Numbered from the stretch's first letter, positions 10,254 through 21,328 are shown. The stretch is 64,000 bases of DNA from Candidatus Latescibacterota bacterium (GCA_963791045.1 CAWBQK010000017.1:96001-160000); one strand, 5' to 3'. Numbers and translations are program-made. The notes: a model not told the origin generated them from the sequence alone.

Positions 10254-10513
10254 GCCGAAGAATATTGCAGCCGGCGAGCGATTCGAGGGCGGGTTTCCCC
10301 GGATGTATTGAAGGTTTGCTTTATATCGCGTACTCGTGTATCTTCTTCTCAAATCACGGTGATAGCGTAATCAACCCAGTTTGTAGACCGCCTGACCCCA
10401 CATCGATTCGGTGATCCATACGGCGGGTATCGGATCGGTTGGCGATTTTTGAGTTAACCCGAGCCAACAGTGTCATTGTCCGCAGTCGATATGCAATCTT
10501 TGGAGGTTTTGCA

Positions 10514-11104
10514 ATGAGATTAGCGCGCTGCTTATTTGTCCTTTTGCTGGTCGCGATCGTCGCCGGCTGCACGAGTTCCGCCGAGAAAACCCAGCAGGCG
10601 ATCGATTCCCCGATGATCGTCAAATCAAAAACTGAGCCGGGTGTGGATTTCAATAAGTTTGAGACATGGGCATGGGTGCCGCTCCAGGCGGGCGCGCAGA
10701 TCGATCCCAAAATCGACAACCCCAAATTCAAGTCGATGATCGGTGACGCGGTCGAGCGTGAGATGTACACGCGAGGATACCGACGCGTGGAGCTCCAGGA
10801 CCAGCCCAGTCTTCTTGTGAACGCACACGTCGCAGTCAATAAAATCGATGCGGACTATATCAGTGAGCATTATAACGGCGAGTATTATCCGGAATATCGG
10901 ATGGAAATTGACGGGCAAAAGCTCGCCGAAGAATGGAATGAAGGGTCGATTATACTCATTCTATTCGATTCGAAGACGATGCAGGCCGTTTGGGGAGGGG
11001 GAGTGGCGACCGAAGCGTTTGAAGATCTGCCCGAAGACGCCGTGCGTCAGAGAGTCGACAAAGGAATCCGCAAAATTATGGAGAGTCTGCCCCGGCGGCA
11101 GTAA
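10514..11104 (+). CDS. DUF4136-like lipoprotein
   Basis: GGAGG RBS, lipobox VAGC; DFNKFETWAW and EGSIILILFD..T...VW.G patterns. Confidence 0.7.
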   Translation: MRLARCLFVLLLVAIVAGCTSSAEKTQQAIDSPMIVKSKTEPGVDFNKFETWAWVPLQAGAQIDPKIDNPKFKSMIGDAVEREMYTRGYRRVELQDQPSLLVNAHVAVNKIDADYISEHYNGEYYPEYRMEIDGQKLAEEWNEGSIILILFDSKTMQAVWGGGVATEAFEDLPEDAVRQRVDKGIRKIMESLPRRQ

Positions 11105-11176
11105 TTCAGATCGGATAAGCGTTTCGGATTCCAATTTGACGGAACCGCGCATGTCCGGGCTCGATCGGATTAGGAA

Positions 11177-12487
11177 TTGAAAAGATCTGTCCACACACTT
11201 CTGGTGAGGCGGCTGGCCATAGCCGCCCTCATCATATGCGTCTTGCTCGCTTCCGCTGTGTATTTGGTCGAGGGGCGCAAGGTCGGTGACGCGGCAATAA
11301 ATCGGGCCACGCAGGCGGCACGCCTGTTTAGTGCTCATGCCTCGGATCTCATGGATGAGCCAGGGCTCACGGACCATGCGGGAATTCAGGGCGAGCTCGA
11401 AGCGTTTGCATCGGTGCAGATGGCCGAGCCCACGGGGAGATTTGTATTGGTACGACTCGTGAATCTCGCGGGAGACAAACTGGCCGACCTGACAGATCCT
11501 GCTTTTGAGCGCCTCGCCGCGGCAGAGAATGTTATGGCGTCAAGGCAGATTCCAGCGCACGCCGGGGTGACGGAAACGTGGAGGGAGTCCGTGTGGGTCG
11601 ATGGCGTACCGTATATTGTCGTGGCCGCGCCGTTATGGAATTCGGGTGGTGAGGTGGTCGGAAGTTTGCAGGGTGTGTTTGCAGTCTCAGCGGCAACCGT
11701 GAAAAACCTGAGGTCTCGTCTCGCCCGCAGCATTGCCGTCGTGGTGTTGATCGTGCTGGTGACGACGGGTTTGCTCTATCCGCTTATTACAACGCTCCTC
11801 CGTCGGATGTCGAAGTTGACATACAATCTGCTGGACTCGAACCTCGAAACACTCCGGGTGCTTGGAAGCGCAGTCGCAAAACGCGATAGCGATACGGATG
11901 CCCATAACTATCGAGTTACGATTATCTCGGTTCGTCTTGCGGAAAAGATCAACCTCGAAGCTGATTTTATGAAGGGGCTTATCAAAGGGGCGTTCCTTCA
12001 CGACGTGGGGAAAATCGGGGTGCGGGACAGTGTGCTGCTGAAACCCGGGCCGTTGTCGACCGATGAGTACAACGCAATGAAGACACATGTGATGCACGGG
12101 CTCGATATCGTTGGCCGCTCGGACTGGTTGAGTGACGCCATCGATGTGGTTGGATATCACCACGAAAAGTTTGACGGCAGCGGTTACAGGAACGGCCTGA
12201 GCGGAAAGACGATTCCGGTCGGCGCGAGAATCTTCGCGATTGCCGACGTGTTCGACGCGCTGACATCGCGGCGTCCGTACAAGGAACCTTTTACGCTTGA
12301 AGAGACAATGGCGATTCTCGATAAGGGCCGGGAGAGCCATTTCGATCCGGAGATCCTCGACGCTTTCGTTGAGATCGCCGAGGGGATATATCAGAATTTC
12401 GCGGACCGTGACGATGATCTCCTTCGAAAAGAAGTGGACGAGATCATCGAACGGTATTTCCAGAAGGAAACGGCGGTTTTACTCTAA
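11177..12487 (+). CDS. Membrane-bound HD-GYP-family phosphohydrolase
   Basis: Two TM segments; KRDSDTDAH..RV, LHDVGK, HHEKFDGSGYRNGL, ADVFDALTSRRPYK, HFDP. Confidence 0.88.
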   Translation: MKRSVHTLLVRRLAIAALIICVLLASAVYLVEGRKVGDAAINRATQAARLFSAHASDLMDEPGLTDHAGIQGELEAFASVQMAEPTGRFVLVRLVNLAGDKLADLTDPAFERLAAAENVMASRQIPAHAGVTETWRESVWVDGVPYIVVAAPLWNSGGEVVGSLQGVFAVSAATVKNLRSRLARSIAVVVLIVLVTTGLLYPLITTLLRRMSKLTYNLLDSNLETLRVLGSAVAKRDSDTDAHNYRVTIISVRLAEKINLEADFMKGLIKGAFLHDVGKIGVRDSVLLKPGPLSTDEYNAMKTHVMHGLDIVGRSDWLSDAIDVVGYHHEKFDGSGYRNGLSGKTIPVGARIFAIADVFDALTSRRPYKEPFTLEETMAILDKGRESHFDPEILDAFVEIAEGIYQNFADRDDDLLRKEVDEIIERYFQKETAVLL

Positions 12488-12499
12488 AGGAGTCGAGAT

Positions 12500-12979
12500 A
12501 TGATGAGATTGCTGGTGGTGTGTTTGAGCGTGATGCTCGTGGCCGGTGTTCTTGGATGCGGTTCGAAGGAAGAGGCCACAGAGTCGACGGAGACGGCGAG
12601 TGCGCCAAAGGAAGAACCTCAGCTCATAGCGGTCCAGCATATCCTTATTGCGTTCGACGGTTCCTTGCCCGGCCGGACCATTGGACGGACGAAGGAAGAG
12701 GCCAAGGTTCTCGCAGAATCAGTGTTCGAGCAGGCGAAGTCGGGCGCTGATTATGACACTCTGGTAAAGGAAAACACCGACGACGCTTATCCCGGAATTT
12801 ACAAGATGGCGAATTTCAATGCCCAGGCGGATATGGCCCAGGATGTATTTCCCAGAGCCAGAATGGTACCCGCTTTTGGAAACGTTGGCTTCGTCCTTGA
12901 TGTTGGCGAAATCGGCCTCGCGGAATTCGATCCGCAGAGCAGCCCTTACGGGTGGCATGTCATAAAGCGTGTGGAGTAG
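12500..12979 (+). CDS. Parvulin-type peptidyl-prolyl isomerase lipoprotein
   Basis: Lipobox VLGC; QHILI, RTKEEA, MVPAF, SPYGWHVIKR. Confidence 0.85.
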   Translation: MMRLLVVCLSVMLVAGVLGCGSKEEATESTETASAPKEEPQLIAVQHILIAFDGSLPGRTIGRTKEEAKVLAESVFEQAKSGADYDTLVKENTDDAYPGIYKMANFNAQADMAQDVFPRARMVPAFGNVGFVLDVGEIGLAEFDPQSSPYGWHVIKRVE

Positions 12980-13029
12980 CTTTCAGTTGAAACGGTTTCG
13001 ACATGCGTGACCGGGCAAAAGAAGGAAAA

Positions 13030-13350
13030 ATGAGCGGCACGATGAAGAAAAGAATCCGGTTGTTCCTGGCCGCCGTATTTTTTGGATATTCGGCGTTCAA
13101 GACGGTCAAGGTGATCGGCGGGCTGATCTCGGGCGGGCATCATGGAAGCCATGCGCCTGTGGACGGAGACGTCCTTTCCATTTTGTATTACCTGGTTTTG
13201 TATCTCGCGCTGCCGCTCCATCTGACCTGCGTGGGGTTGCTCATGCAGCGCCCATATTTACCGGCGTTGTGGCGACGAACCGTGTTTTGGGCGGTGGTTT
13301 TCTCCGGTACATGGTTGGGAATTTCCTTCATCATCAGGAAGTTTGGATGA
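13030..13350 (+). CDS. Small hypothetical membrane protein
   Basis: About three hydrophobic segments; GAAGGA upstream of ATG; colinear with neighbours. Confidence 0.5.
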   Translation: MSGTMKKRIRLFLAAVFFGYSAFKTVKVIGGLISGGHHGSHAPVDGDVLSILYYLVLYLALPLHLTCVGLLMQRPYLPALWRRTVFWAVVFSGTWLGISFIIRKFG

Positions 13351-13503
13351 AGGAAAAGGCGGCCGAGGTCGGGGTTGCGCTCGGACGGGCCGTGTGTTAA
13401 TTTGATTATCTAGCAGCGAGTATCATCCACGGAATACATAATGTTATTGGTTGTCAATTTGATCGTGACTTGATCTTCGGTTGCGGAGAAAAAGGAGGCC
13501 AAG

Positions 13504-13713
13504 ATGGCAGAGAGTGTTTATAAAGTCATTGAGCTTGTAGGAACCAGCACGGAATCCTGGGAAAAAGCCGCGAAGGCGGCGGTGGCCAAGGCCGCCAAAT
13601 CGATACGCGATCTGCGGATCGCCGAAGTCATTCAGCTCGACATGCAGCTGGTTGAAGGCAAGATTGAAGCCTACAGGGCAAAAATCAGAGTGTCTTTCAA
13701 GTACGAAGACTAG
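13504..13713 (+). CDS. Dodecin family protein
   Basis: SVYKVIELVGTS.ESWEKAA...YRAKIRVSFKYE; AGGAGG RBS. Confidence 0.9.
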   Translation: MAESVYKVIELVGTSTESWEKAAKAAVAKAAKSIRDLRIAEVIQLDMQLVEGKIEAYRAKIRVSFKYED

Positions 13714-13846
13714 AACTCACGATTTGTTTCGAAAAGCGGGGGCCTTCCGTGGCGAGGATGGCCCCCGTGTATCATCAAGACGCGCGCTCATGGGTGCGTG
13801 TTCTTATATCGCCGTATAAAAACGAAACCAAGGAAAGGAGCTCGTA

Positions 13847-14446
13847 ATGAGTGTACTTGTTGCAAACCCGGCGCCGGACTTTACAGCGCCCGCCGTGATG
13901 CCCGATGGGACGATCAAAGACGACTTTAAACTATCCGATCTCAAAGGCAAGCATGTGGTGGTGTTCTTCTGGCCGTTGGACTACACCTTTGTGTGTCCGA
14001 CGGAGATCATCGCTCACGATCACCGAATGGAAGAGTTCAAGAAACGCGGGGTCGAGGTCGTCGGTGTTTCGATTGACTCGCAGTTTACGCATTTTGCGTG
14101 GCGGAACACTTCCGTCGAGACCGGCGGGATCGGGGCGGTTCAGTTCCCGATGGTCGCCGATGTCAAACACGAGATCACGCAATCGTTTGGAATAGAGCAT
14201 CCCGCGGGTGTCGCGCTGCGCGCGTCTTTCCTCATCGACAAGGAAGGAATCGTCCAGCATCAGGTCGTCAACAACCTGTCCCTGGGCCGAAATGTGGATG
14301 AGATGCTGCGCCTGATCGATGCCCTCCAGTTCACTGAAAAACACGGGGAAGTGTGCCCCGCGGGTTGGCAGGACGGCGACAGCGGAATGAAAGCGACGAC
14401 GGACGGAGTCGCCGACTACCTGTCCAAGAATTCGGATAATCTGTAG
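13847..14446 (+). CDS. ahpC: 2-Cys peroxiredoxin (AhpC/TsaA)
   Basis: PLDYTFVCPTE peroxidatic motif and GEVCPAGW resolving motif. Confidence 0.92.
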   Translation: MSVLVANPAPDFTAPAVMPDGTIKDDFKLSDLKGKHVVVFFWPLDYTFVCPTEIIAHDHRMEEFKKRGVEVVGVSIDSQFTHFAWRNTSVETGGIGAVQFPMVADVKHEITQSFGIEHPAGVALRASFLIDKEGIVQHQVVNNLSLGRNVDEMLRLIDALQFTEKHGEVCPAGWQDGDSGMKATTDGVADYLSKNSDNL

Positions 14447-14500
14447 AACAAGAAGATTGCCTCGGGCCCGGTCCAGACGGGCTGATATCGAGACATAATC

Positions 14501-14543
14501 AAAGAAGGCGCCGCTGTCAACTGTGACGGTGGCGCCTTTCTTT
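14501..14543 (+). terminator. Intrinsic terminator after the peroxiredoxin
   Basis: AAAGAAGGCGCCGCTGTCA/TGACGGTGGCGCCTTTCTTT stem-loop. Confidence 0.7.
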
Positions 14544-14662
14544 AGGGCTTGCCATTTGTCGGGTTTACCTGCCACCATATAACATCCCGTCTGAGACCGG
14601 TGGGTGCTTTTAGTTGGCGCTCGCGGCAAGAGCGTGGTGGGTGATTTCAAAGGAGACAAAGG

Positions 14663-16114
14663 ATGCTGAGTAACCGGCGTTTGGCGGCAAATATTCTTGT
14701 AATTTTGTTCTGTTGCGGATTGTTGGCCGTCTCTTGCACGACCGACTATGTGACGGGCAAGAAAACCTTCTCGCTCGTGAGCGAATCGCAGGAAGTGGCG
14801 ATGGGGAAGGACGCCGATCCACAGATCGTGGCGCAATACGGTCTCTACGACGATCCGGATATGGGAGCATACATCGATGGTATCGGACAGGCCCTGGCCG
14901 GCAAATCGCACCGCCCGCAGCTCGAGTACACGTTTCGGGTGCTCGACAGTGAGATTGTCAATGCCTTCGCCCTCCCAGGCGGGTGGGTGTATGTGACGCG
15001 GGGGATTCTCGCGAACTTCAATTCCGAAGATGAACTTGCCGGCGTTCTGGGTCATGAAATCGGGCACGTGGTGGCGCGGCACGGCGCCGAGCAGATGTCC
15101 CGGCAACAAATCGCGTCACTCGGGGTGGGTCTGGGGTCGGTGCTGCTCGAGGATCTCGATGAAATCGTGCAGGCCGCCGGGTTTGGCGTGCAGCTGCTTC
15201 TGCTCAGGTACAGCCGGGCACAGGAATCCGAATCCGACCAACTCGGCGTCGAATACTCGACGAAGCTCGGTTACGATTCACACAAGATGGCGGGGTTTTT
15301 TGAAACCCTCGATAGAATGAGCGCGGAAAGTGGACAGAGTTTGCCGTCATTCATGTCGACGCACCCCGATCCGGGTGATCGGGAAGTGCGCGTGCATACG
15401 CTCACCGACGAGTGGCGTCAGAAGGTCAACTATGTTCCTTTGAACAAAGAGCCGGGGGATTATTTGAAACGACTGGATGGGATGGTATACGGCGCTGATC
15501 CGCGGCAGGGGTACGTGGATGGGCAGGTGTTCTACCACCCGACGTTGGCTTTCCAGTTTCCCGTTCCCCCGGAATGGCAGTTGATTAATACGATTACTGC
15601 CGTGTTTTTGCTCAGTCCGGACAAGAAAGCGATCGTGCGCATGACCCTGTCCGAGTCGGGGATGGCGGCGGACGCAGCGGCGGAATTTGTCGAGAAGAAC
15701 GGCGTGACGGTTACGAGTCGTCAAAGCAAAATGTTGAACGGATATCCCACCACGATATTGATTTCGGAACTAAAGGAGGAGGACGGGGTGCTCAAAATCC
15801 TGTCGTACTTCGTGGACAGGAACAGCACCGTATACGTGTTTCACGGCTACAGCGCCAGTGTGGATTTCGACACCTACAGCGCATCGTTCCGGTCGGTGAT
15901 GGAGGGCTTTAACAACGTGACGGACAGCGCGGTTTTGAATATACAGCCGATGCGCATTAAGATAAGACAGGCGCCGAGAAGCGGGTCGCTGTCATCGATT
16001 TTCGAATCCCTTGGGGTGGACAGGGATGACTTTGAAGAGTTGGCGGTCTTGAACGGCCGCCATCTGCAGGATTCGATCGACAAGGGTGCGACGATCAAAG
16101 TAATCGGGAAGTGA
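14663..16114 (+). CDS. M48 family zinc metalloprotease lipoprotein with C-terminal extension
   Basis: Lipobox AVSC; NAFALPGG, HEIGH, YSRAQESESD, STHP. Confidence 0.9.
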   Translation: MLSNRRLAANILVILFCCGLLAVSCTTDYVTGKKTFSLVSESQEVAMGKDADPQIVAQYGLYDDPDMGAYIDGIGQALAGKSHRPQLEYTFRVLDSEIVNAFALPGGWVYVTRGILANFNSEDELAGVLGHEIGHVVARHGAEQMSRQQIASLGVGLGSVLLEDLDEIVQAAGFGVQLLLLRYSRAQESESDQLGVEYSTKLGYDSHKMAGFFETLDRMSAESGQSLPSFMSTHPDPGDREVRVHTLTDEWRQKVNYVPLNKEPGDYLKRLDGMVYGADPRQGYVDGQVFYHPTLAFQFPVPPEWQLINTITAVFLLSPDKKAIVRMTLSESGMAADAAAEFVEKNGVTVTSRQSKMLNGYPTTILISELKEEDGVLKILSYFVDRNSTVYVFHGYSASVDFDTYSASFRSVMEGFNNVTDSAVLNIQPMRIKIRQAPRSGSLSSIFESLGVDRDDFEELAVLNGRHLQDSIDKGATIKVIGK

Positions 16115-16138
16115 CGATGTCCTCGGTTGGAAAATATA

Positions 16139-17759
16139 TCACGGATTGATGGAAAGCAGAGTCGGCACGACAGTTTCCTCGCCGTCGGCGAGACGAGCAA
16201 AATAACGCTGCCGTCCTTCAATTACCCAGTCGACGAGATATTCCCGGTGGTAGAAGTCCATCGCCCGGGCCTGGTATTCCGCAGCTTTCTCGTAGTGACC
16301 GCGCGATGCAAAAATTTCGGCGATCCGGGTCGAAGCAATCATCTGATAAGTGTGATCCCACCTCGGAGCCTCAATGTTTATTGTCTTATCGTAACTCTCG
16401 AGCGCCTCATCGAAGCGGCCCGCGAGAAGGTCGCATTCACCGACGTAAAACAGGGCGATGATCGAGTTATCGGATAGCGATTCGAAACGCGTGCGAATGG
16501 TCGCGAGGGAGTCGAGGTCCGAGGAATATACCTGGGCGATCCATTGGTCCATGATCATTGGGTCGGGTTGTTCAGGATAATCCGTGAAGTTCTCGATATC
16601 TTCGATCGACTTTTTGGCCTCCTCACGGAGGTGATCAAACGAGCCCCCGCTCGGCAACAGATTCAAACAACTCCATCGCCGTTTTCCGGTCTCCGCGGGA
16701 CGCATCCAGCTGCCCGAGTTCAATCCGCGCATAACCCTCGAGCCAATCGGGGTGACGGGGGGATTCGTGGATGATGCTTCGCAAACGGGCACGTGTCATT
16801 CCGGGACTGTTTACATACCTGTCCCCGTAAGCACGGTACATTTGAACCAGGTAGAGGACACTCCAGTCGACTTCACGGTGAGGCGCGCTGTACATGCTGT
16901 TGATCGCGTTTTCGACCAGTTCGTTGTTTTTTGCTATAAATCTGGGTACGAAGGGCCTTGAGATCGCAAGAGGAACTGCGCCCGTACCGAATTCCGGATA
17001 CTCGCCGCAGAATTCCTGAAGTCCGGCGAGGCCTTCCTCATATCGTCCCTCGAAATAAAAATAGACACTGTAGAGAATGAGACGCCAGTCGTTCCTCAAG
17101 AGTCCATCGTTTTCGATCGCGTAATTCAGGTACTTCAGTCCTTTGTCCCTGTCGCCGGTGGGCAAAAGGAGAAGCTTTGAAATAAACTTGTACGCGCTCG
17201 GCACCGTGTCGGCGAAATATAAGAAGGACCCGAGAAGGCCCCGCGCCGTCGCGTCATCGGGGTGAACCTCGAGGTACTTGTTAAGATCGTTCTTGCCACG
17301 TTTGGCCTCACGGCCGGCGGTGAAGAGATTCTTTGTCATGGACCTGACGTAGGCTTTGGCCATCCACGCCCATCCACGATAGAAGTAGTAGTTGATATCG
17401 GGATCGTCGTCATCGATTCGCTTCTTACACAAATCGATACACTTGTCCAGTTCCTCAAGCGAAGGTTCGGAGACGTCGCGGCCGTAATCGGTGTTCGCAT
17501 CGTGCATCGGAATAAACTGCTGGTAGCACCTCGCGCGGACGATATGGAAGAGGGGAGTCCCGTCGCACTCGACGGCGAGCGAATCCGCCATGGCGAGCGC
17601 CGTTCGGGGTCTGCCCTGGAATATCTGGCCGAGGATCTCCTGGGCCTCGTCGTAGGTCAGATCTCGCGAGGGGATGGTTTCGTCTGTGGCAGCGCCCGAG
17701 ATGGGAATTACGGCAAATAGTGACAGGGTTGTAACTAGTGTTGCAATAAAGTGTTTCAT
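16139..17759 (-). CDS. Secreted tetratricopeptide-repeat protein (frameshift near 16640)
   Basis: Signal peptide MKHFIATLV...; helical TPR-like repeats (YFEGRYEEG, ELGQL, GRFDEALESY). ORFs 16635..18008 and 16139..16792 join. Confidence 0.7.
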
Positions 17760-17973
17760 TTGTTTGTTAATGTTGTGTGTCAGGTTGTTGCCGTCAAAAC
17801 AGGGTGTCCGGAGTGCTGGCTGGCGGCGCTGGAAGTCGTGCATTCTCAGTACCACCACGACAGTTGCCGGTCCAATCATATCTTGTCCAGCCGACGTCCG
17901 ATATGGAAATCTAGCGGAGATCGGGCGTTGGCGCAATGTCAAAAGGCGGGAGTAAGTCAGGGCTGCGCGGCGC

Positions 17974-19113
17974 CTATTCGTAACGAAACGCCTTCGAGGC
18001 CAGCACAAGAAGAATCACGGCCGCGAACGCCATTCCCAGGACGTGCGGAAGCACGTCCTGAGGGGGTGCGGCGAAACTGATGATCTTGTGGAGGGCGTCC
18101 ATCGCCCAGCCTGTCGGGAGAAAGAGCTGTATTCTTTGCATCCACGCAGGTGTCACTTCGATCGGCCACCAGCAGCCGCCGAGTGCCGCGAGAATATTCG
18201 CCGATACCACGCCGATCGCCGCCGCCTGACCCTCCGTTCTCGCCAGGCTGCCGAGAAGCATCCCGATCGACGCCATCAAGGCTCCGTAAACGATCATCAC
18301 GGCAATAACGACGGCCAGGTTTGGGCCCCAATCCATTTTGAAAAGAACCGTGCCCGAAATCATCGCGAAGGCTATCTGCACGAGGCCCAGGGTCCACTTT
18401 CCACCCCATTTGCCCACGGTCACGCCAAGGCGTGTGATCGGCGTGTATGCCAGGCGTCGAAGGAGCCCCTGGCGCCTTTCGGTGACCAGCAGGATCGCAC
18501 CGCTCGTTACCATGACCAGAAGCGTGAACATAACCATCATCCCAGGAATTGCCTGTTCAAAACCCGATGGGATCGTTTTTCTTCTTCCGGCCGGTTTGAT
18601 ATCGAGCGTAACCGTGCGGGGAAGTTTGTTGAGTTGTTCGATGTTTTCCAATGTCGGTGAGCCAAAATTCTGAGACGTAACGATTATGTCGGCGAGAATT
18701 GTGTAGATCGCGCGTTTAATTCGAATGGAATCATAGTCGAATCCAACACCGCCGGCGGCGCGGGCGAATTCAATCTTGACGGGTGTTCCGACGAGTACCG
18801 AATCCGTAAATCCTGAAGGGATCGATATACGGCGTCCATATGCCGCGAACAGCGAGTCACTCTCGGGGTAAACGATTTTATATCCGCGGTCAGCCAGGCG
18901 GCGCGAGAGCTGATCGGCGAGGAATCCGGAATTTTCCCCGGATTGGATCGCGAGTGTCTCGGTGCTGGATCTGGGGGGGGAGTACCCGCCGGTGATTTTC
19001 CCAATGAAAAAGAAAAACACAATTGGCATCACAAACACCCAGATAATCGTCTCCTTTGCACGGAGCATATACTTGAGATCTTTGCGTGCGATGAACAGGG
19101 CGTCTTTCAGCAT
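17974..19113 (-). CDS. ABC-2 type exporter permease
   Basis: IARKDL, large extracytoplasmic loop, ERRQGLLRRL..TP, LGGCWWPIE..P.WMQ....LP.GWA. Confidence 0.9.
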   Translation of the reverse strand: MLKDALFIARKDLKYMLRAKETIIWVFVMPIVFFFFIGKITGGYSPPRSSTETLAIQSGENSGFLADQLSRRLADRGYKIVYPESDSLFAAYGRRISIPSGFTDSVLVGTPVKIEFARAAGGVGFDYDSIRIKRAIYTILADIIVTSQNFGSPTLENIEQLNKLPRTVTLDIKPAGRRKTIPSGFEQAIPGMMVMFTLLVMVTSGAILLVTERRQGLLRRLAYTPITRLGVTVGKWGGKWTLGLVQIAFAMISGTVLFKMDWGPNLAVVIAVMIVYGALMASIGMLLGSLARTEGQAAAIGVVSANILAALGGCWWPIEVTPAWMQRIQLFLPTGWAMDALHKIISFAAPPQDVLPHVLGMAFAAVILLVLASKAFRYE

Positions 19114-19117
19114 TGCC

Positions 19118-20365
19118 TCATCCTTGCGCAAATCCGCGCCGCAAACGCTGAGCGCAAACGGCGAATAGAACCGCCACCATCGACAACAGGGCGGCAAAAA
19201 CAATCAACAACGTCATCGGATCCGTCCGCTGGAGGATAATATTCTTAAGCTGCTGAAGCGCCCACCCGTTTGGCGTGAGTTTGCCTATCGCCGCCATCCA
19301 GTCGGGCATGGCCTCGAACGGAAAGAAACTCCCTCCGATCATCATTAACGGGAACATGACGGCCATGGTGAAAATATTGCCCGCCCGCCTTGTTGAACAA
19401 AACAACTGAAGGGTTGTCATGAGTGTCATCAGCATGGTCCCCGAAAATGTCGCCCACACGAGCGCGAGAGGGAGCGAAACGGGGTTGACGCCGATGTACG
19501 TATACCCGATCCCGAGCGCGACGAGTGCGACAACGAAGAAGAGCCCCGCCGCCCCCAACAGTTTGCCCGCCAGAAACAGCGCGACCGGCTGAGGTGAGCA
19601 CACAATGCGTCTGAGGGTGTGTTGCGTCCGTTCGGTCCAGATATCCTCGCTCAACCCCTGGGCCATGAACAACAGGGCCATGAACATGATCGTTGAAATC
19701 AGCAAAAACGCCAGGGGAGGATCGTCGTCACCGCCTTGTTCGGTCTTATCGGTGGATGTTTCGAGCTGAATCAAAAGCGGCGATAAATAAGAGTCGAGAC
19801 CGCCCATCAGAGTATTGATCTTTATGCCCAGCGCGGAGATATCCGAGTTGGGGAATGTGGATGCGCCAACGGGAGGTCCTAGTGCGATTGTTTTTAGTTC
19901 GTCACCGATCATCCGATGTAAATAAAATGTTCCGTCGGCCAACATGCTCAGGCCTTCCTCGACGATGCCGGGAAGAAACCTCTGTGATGGATTTGTAACG
20001 AGTTGAAGCGTGGTTGCTTGTTCCTGGAGAAAGGCGTCGCCAAAACCGTCGGGGATTATTATGAGCGCGGTGGCATCCCCATTATCCATTCGCCGCCGGC
20101 CGTCTTCGCTTTGGACTTCCTCGGCCACAATCATCCCATCCTCGACCCTCTGCTGCATCGCTCCCATGAGCAGGGCGCTGACAAAACTCGCGTCCTCGTC
20201 CGCGACAAGGAGATGAATTTGAGGTTTGGGTCCTCCCTCGCCGCCAAACGCCAAAACGATAAGGAGGCCGATAACAAGAGGAATGCCGATCCACATGAGG
20301 AGCTCCAGCGGGTTCCTGCGATGGCTCCGCCAGTCCTTCATTGCCGTGACCCAGGCAAATCTCAT
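19118..20365 (-). CDS. ABC-2 type exporter permease
   Basis: AMKDW, ERTQHTLRRI..SP, GGSFFPFEAMPDWM..IG..TPNGWA. Confidence 0.9.
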   Translation of the reverse strand: MRFAWVTAMKDWRSHRRNPLELLMWIGIPLVIGLLIVLAFGGEGGPKPQIHLLVADEDASFVSALLMGAMQQRVEDGMIVAEEVQSEDGRRRMDNGDATALIIIPDGFGDAFLQEQATTLQLVTNPSQRFLPGIVEEGLSMLADGTFYLHRMIGDELKTIALGPPVGASTFPNSDISALGIKINTLMGGLDSYLSPLLIQLETSTDKTEQGGDDDPPLAFLLISTIMFMALLFMAQGLSEDIWTERTQHTLRRIVCSPQPVALFLAGKLLGAAGLFFVVALVALGIGYTYIGVNPVSLPLALVWATFSGTMLMTLMTTLQLFCSTRRAGNIFTMAVMFPLMMIGGSFFPFEAMPDWMAAIGKLTPNGWALQQLKNIILQRTDPMTLLIVFAALLSMVAVLFAVCAQRLRRGFAQG

Positions 20366-20398
20366 TGATCGTCTCCACGGGCGTTGAGATAGCTCATA

Positions 20399-21328
20399 CT
20401 ACTCCCGAAGTTCCTTGCCGGTGAGCTTGATGAAAAGGCTCTCGAGGCTTGGCTGGGTCAGCGTGGTATCGCGGACGGTAAAACCGGCGTTTGTCAGCCC
20501 CTCGAGTACCTGTGAGAGTTTCTCGGAACCACGCGGTGTCGCCAGGGTGATTATTGTATCTTCGGATTGGACGATTTCGATGTCATCGACACTTCGCAAC
20601 GCCTCACCCACACGGGCCGGTTCGAATGCTCCGGTGACGCGCAGCACATCCCGTTCGCCGAGGATCGCCCGCAGTTCGCTCAGTGTTCCTTCGGCAATAA
20701 TCTTGCCGTGGTCGATGATCGCCAGGTTGTCACAGAGGTTCTGGGCTTCCTCCATATAGTGCGTTGTGTAAAGAACGGTTGCTCCGCGTTCCGCGAGCGC
20801 GCGGACGAGGTCGAGCAGGTGAACGCGGCTTTGGGGATCGACTCCGACAGTGGGTTCATCGAGGAGGAGAACATCCGGAGTGTGGACGACTCCGCAAGCG
20901 AAGTTCAATCGGCGCTTGAGGCCGCCGCTCAAGGTTCCGGCCCTAGAACCGGCCCTGTCGATAAGTCCGGTGATTTCGAGCGCGTCGTCCGTTTTCTTCT
21001 TCAACTCGGCGCCCCGGAGCCCGTATGCGGCGCCCCAGTACATTATGTTCTCTCGAGCGGAAAGGTCCTCGTAGAGGGCGAGTTCCTGCGGCACAACTCC
21101 AACATTGCGGCGCGATGCGGGCCCCTCGGTTACGACGTTGTATCCGAGAACACGCACGGATCCGGCGCCCGGTTTGATGAGTCCGGATATGCAGCCGATG
21201 GTTGTGGATTTGCCCGCTCCGTTTGGTCCGAGCAGGCCAAATACGGCGCCAGGGTGTGCGGTAAAACTCACGTCGTCGACGGCAAGTATTTCTCCGTACT
21301 GTTTTCGGAGTCCGTTGACCTCGATCAA
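20399..21328 (-). CDS. ABC exporter ATP-binding subunit (DrrA/NodI-like)
   Basis: Walker A GPNGAGKS, signature LSGG, Walker B LLLDEP; TTG start after GGAGG. Confidence 0.93.
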   Translation of the reverse strand: MIEVNGLRKQYGEILAVDDVSFTAHPGAVFGLLGPNGAGKSTTIGCISGLIKPGAGSVRVLGYNVVTEGPASRRNVGVVPQELALYEDLSARENIMYWGAAYGLRGAELKKKTDDALEITGLIDRAGSRAGTLSGGLKRRLNFACGVVHTPDVLLLDEPTVGVDPQSRVHLLDLVRALAERGATVLYTTHYMEEAQNLCDNLAIIDHGKIIAEGTLSELRAILGERDVLRVTGAFEPARVGEALRSVDDIEIVQSEDTIITLATPRGSEKLSQVLEGLTNAGFTVRDTTLTQPSLESLFIKLTGKELRE

